Below are positions 62,878 to 64,000 of a stretch of DNA of 64,000 bases, piece by piece. Both the position numbers and the translations under genes were made by a program. Numbering within the stretch: position 1 is the stretch's first letter; every line of letters starts with the position of its first letter. The stretch is taken from the sequence record MH675927.1. The stretch is one strand, 5' to 3'. The notes beneath the pieces were generated by a model. It did not search any database, was not told the DNA's origin, and saw only the letters and a program-made list of their open reading frames with translations. The stretch is from Escherichia phage vB_vPM_PD114.

Positions 62878-62907
62878 ACAAGGGCGCAATAAGCGCCCTT
62901 TCTTTTT
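62878..62907 (+). terminator. rho-independent terminator (GGGCGC-AATA-GCGCCC)
   Basis: Same hairpin as at 57997; followed by TTTCTTTTT. Confidence 0.7.
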
Positions 62908-63111
62908 ACCTCAATAAAGATGATATCTTTTACCTATCAAAAACGTTCACCGAAAAAGTGAATAGATCGCGGTATCGAGCTAATCAAGGAGCAGATGAAC
63001 AACCATACCATGAAGATCATAAGGCGCTTACAACGTGTTTTAGACCGCTTATTTTTAATTTCTTCATGCAACTATCTGGCAAAAACAGCCTTTTTCTTGT
63101 CTTTCCTCTTA

Positions 63112-63184
63112 AATGATAATCATTCTTATTTATAGCTGATTATTTATGCAATAAACTGAATAATGTAATAATGATAATCATTCT
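63112..63184. promoter_or_regulatory. two Fur-box-like sites (AATGATAATCATTCTTA)
   Basis: ATAATGATAATCATTCT (63168-63184) matches 16/17 positions of the E. coli Fur consensus; second copy at 63112-63128. Confidence 0.45.
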
Positions 63185-63911
63185 TAACTTAAGACCATCT
63201 AACCTATAAAATAATAAGTTATCTAACTAAATTAAAACTAATTATCTCACCTTTATTTATAACTTACTGTTACTATGTCATTGATAACCTTATATTAAAC
63301 AACAATAACTAATATAAATCATTACTAAGCTAAATATAATATATCTAACCTTTAAAACTATAACTATAATCTATTGAATTATTGCACAAAGTAACTATTA
63401 AATCGTTAGTAACATTACTAAATAATTCATATCCTATCTATTTATAATCTAACCTTTATCTTCCTATCTATTACCTAAGTAATCATTTCATACAATAATT
63501 ATAACAAGAAATATAATTAGCAAGCGTATCATTAGCAGCCTATGCCGGACACATAGGCGGCTAATAATAACGCAACTACACACCTCACATAATAACCATC
63601 ACCGATAGTTATTATCTGTGCTTATGTAGCTTGCAACAACTGCAAGCGCAACAATATACATGGTATATTGTATTCCCTTACATTGTTGCGGTGCGTTATT
63701 ATTAGCTAATGTTTGGAACATTGGCTATAATATAAGCTATCCAATAATAAACATAGTGAATAATGACCCTGATGATCATAATGCGCCACCTTCCAGGGGG
63801 CGCTATGTGAACACAAAGAAATCTTTCTTGTCAAGAAAAATATTACCATTATTGCGCAAAATTATTTACATCTGAATAGATGGTTTTTCATACTATTGCC
63901 CCCAATACTAT

Positions 63912-64000
63912 CCCTATTTGTTGTTATTTGTTGGATAAAATTATCCCTATTTGTTGCAGTATAAACTATTATTTGTTGCCCTAACTATTGCTATTTGTTG
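63912..64000. repeat. iteron-like direct repeats (C)TATTTGTTG, at least five copies, running to the window edge
   Basis: CCCTATTTGTTG at 63912 and 63945; TTATTTGTTG at 63924 and 63969; CTATTTGTTG at 63991. Confidence 0.6.

Noticed and set aside
53608-62907. CRISPR-like array suggested by recurring GC-rich palindromes
   Set aside because: The palindromes are not regularly spaced direct repeats; each sits in a promoter-leader context upstream of a distinct protein-coding gene, and the intervening sequences are ORFs with RBSs, not spacers.
63660-63875. 71-aa plus-strand ORF in the AT-rich terminal region
   Set aside because: No RBS, implausible composition, and it lies in a repeat-rich non-coding region.

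Overview
Gene-dense segment of a large virulent tailed dsDNA phage; sigma70-type promoters and an E. coli SSB-like DFDDDIPF motif suggest an enterobacterial host. No tRNA, rRNA, CRISPR array or integrase was found. Layout: (1) 1-8091, plus strand: tail fibre module (partial fibre, assembly chaperone, beta-helix tailspike, collagen-like fibre, Ig-like/esterase-like fibre). (2) 8127-46836, minus strand: DNA metabolism and auxiliary genes, including a DNA methyltransferase, a T7-type family A DNA polymerase and a UvrD-like helicase each interrupted by an intein, a gp4-like primase-helicase, four glycosyltransferases, a Ter-family cluster (TerD, vWA, TelA-like, TerC) next to PRTase, HAD and Macro genes, and anaerobic RNR nrdD split by a td-like group I intron, plus nrdG. 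(3) 46955-52416, plus strand: small genes, a second AAA ATPase paralog, a zinc-ribbon/T5orf172-like protein and a NADAR protein. (4) 52417-53760: non-coding region with three ~70-bp tandem repeats, Fur-box-like palindromes and a G+C-rich island. (5) 53608-62907, plus strand: about 25 small genes in about 17 transcription units, each with a near-consensus sigma70 promoter, most followed by a GC-rich hairpin at the start of the transcript. (6) 62908-64000: AT-rich non-coding DNA with more Fur-box-like sites and TATTTGTTG iterons. Most interesting candidates: the Ter-family plus PRTase/HAD/Macro neighbourhood, three dispersed ADP-ribose-processing domains (Macro, DUF4326, NADAR), and the promoter-hairpin early-gene array. 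All functional calls are from reading motifs by eye; none was confirmed by a database search.
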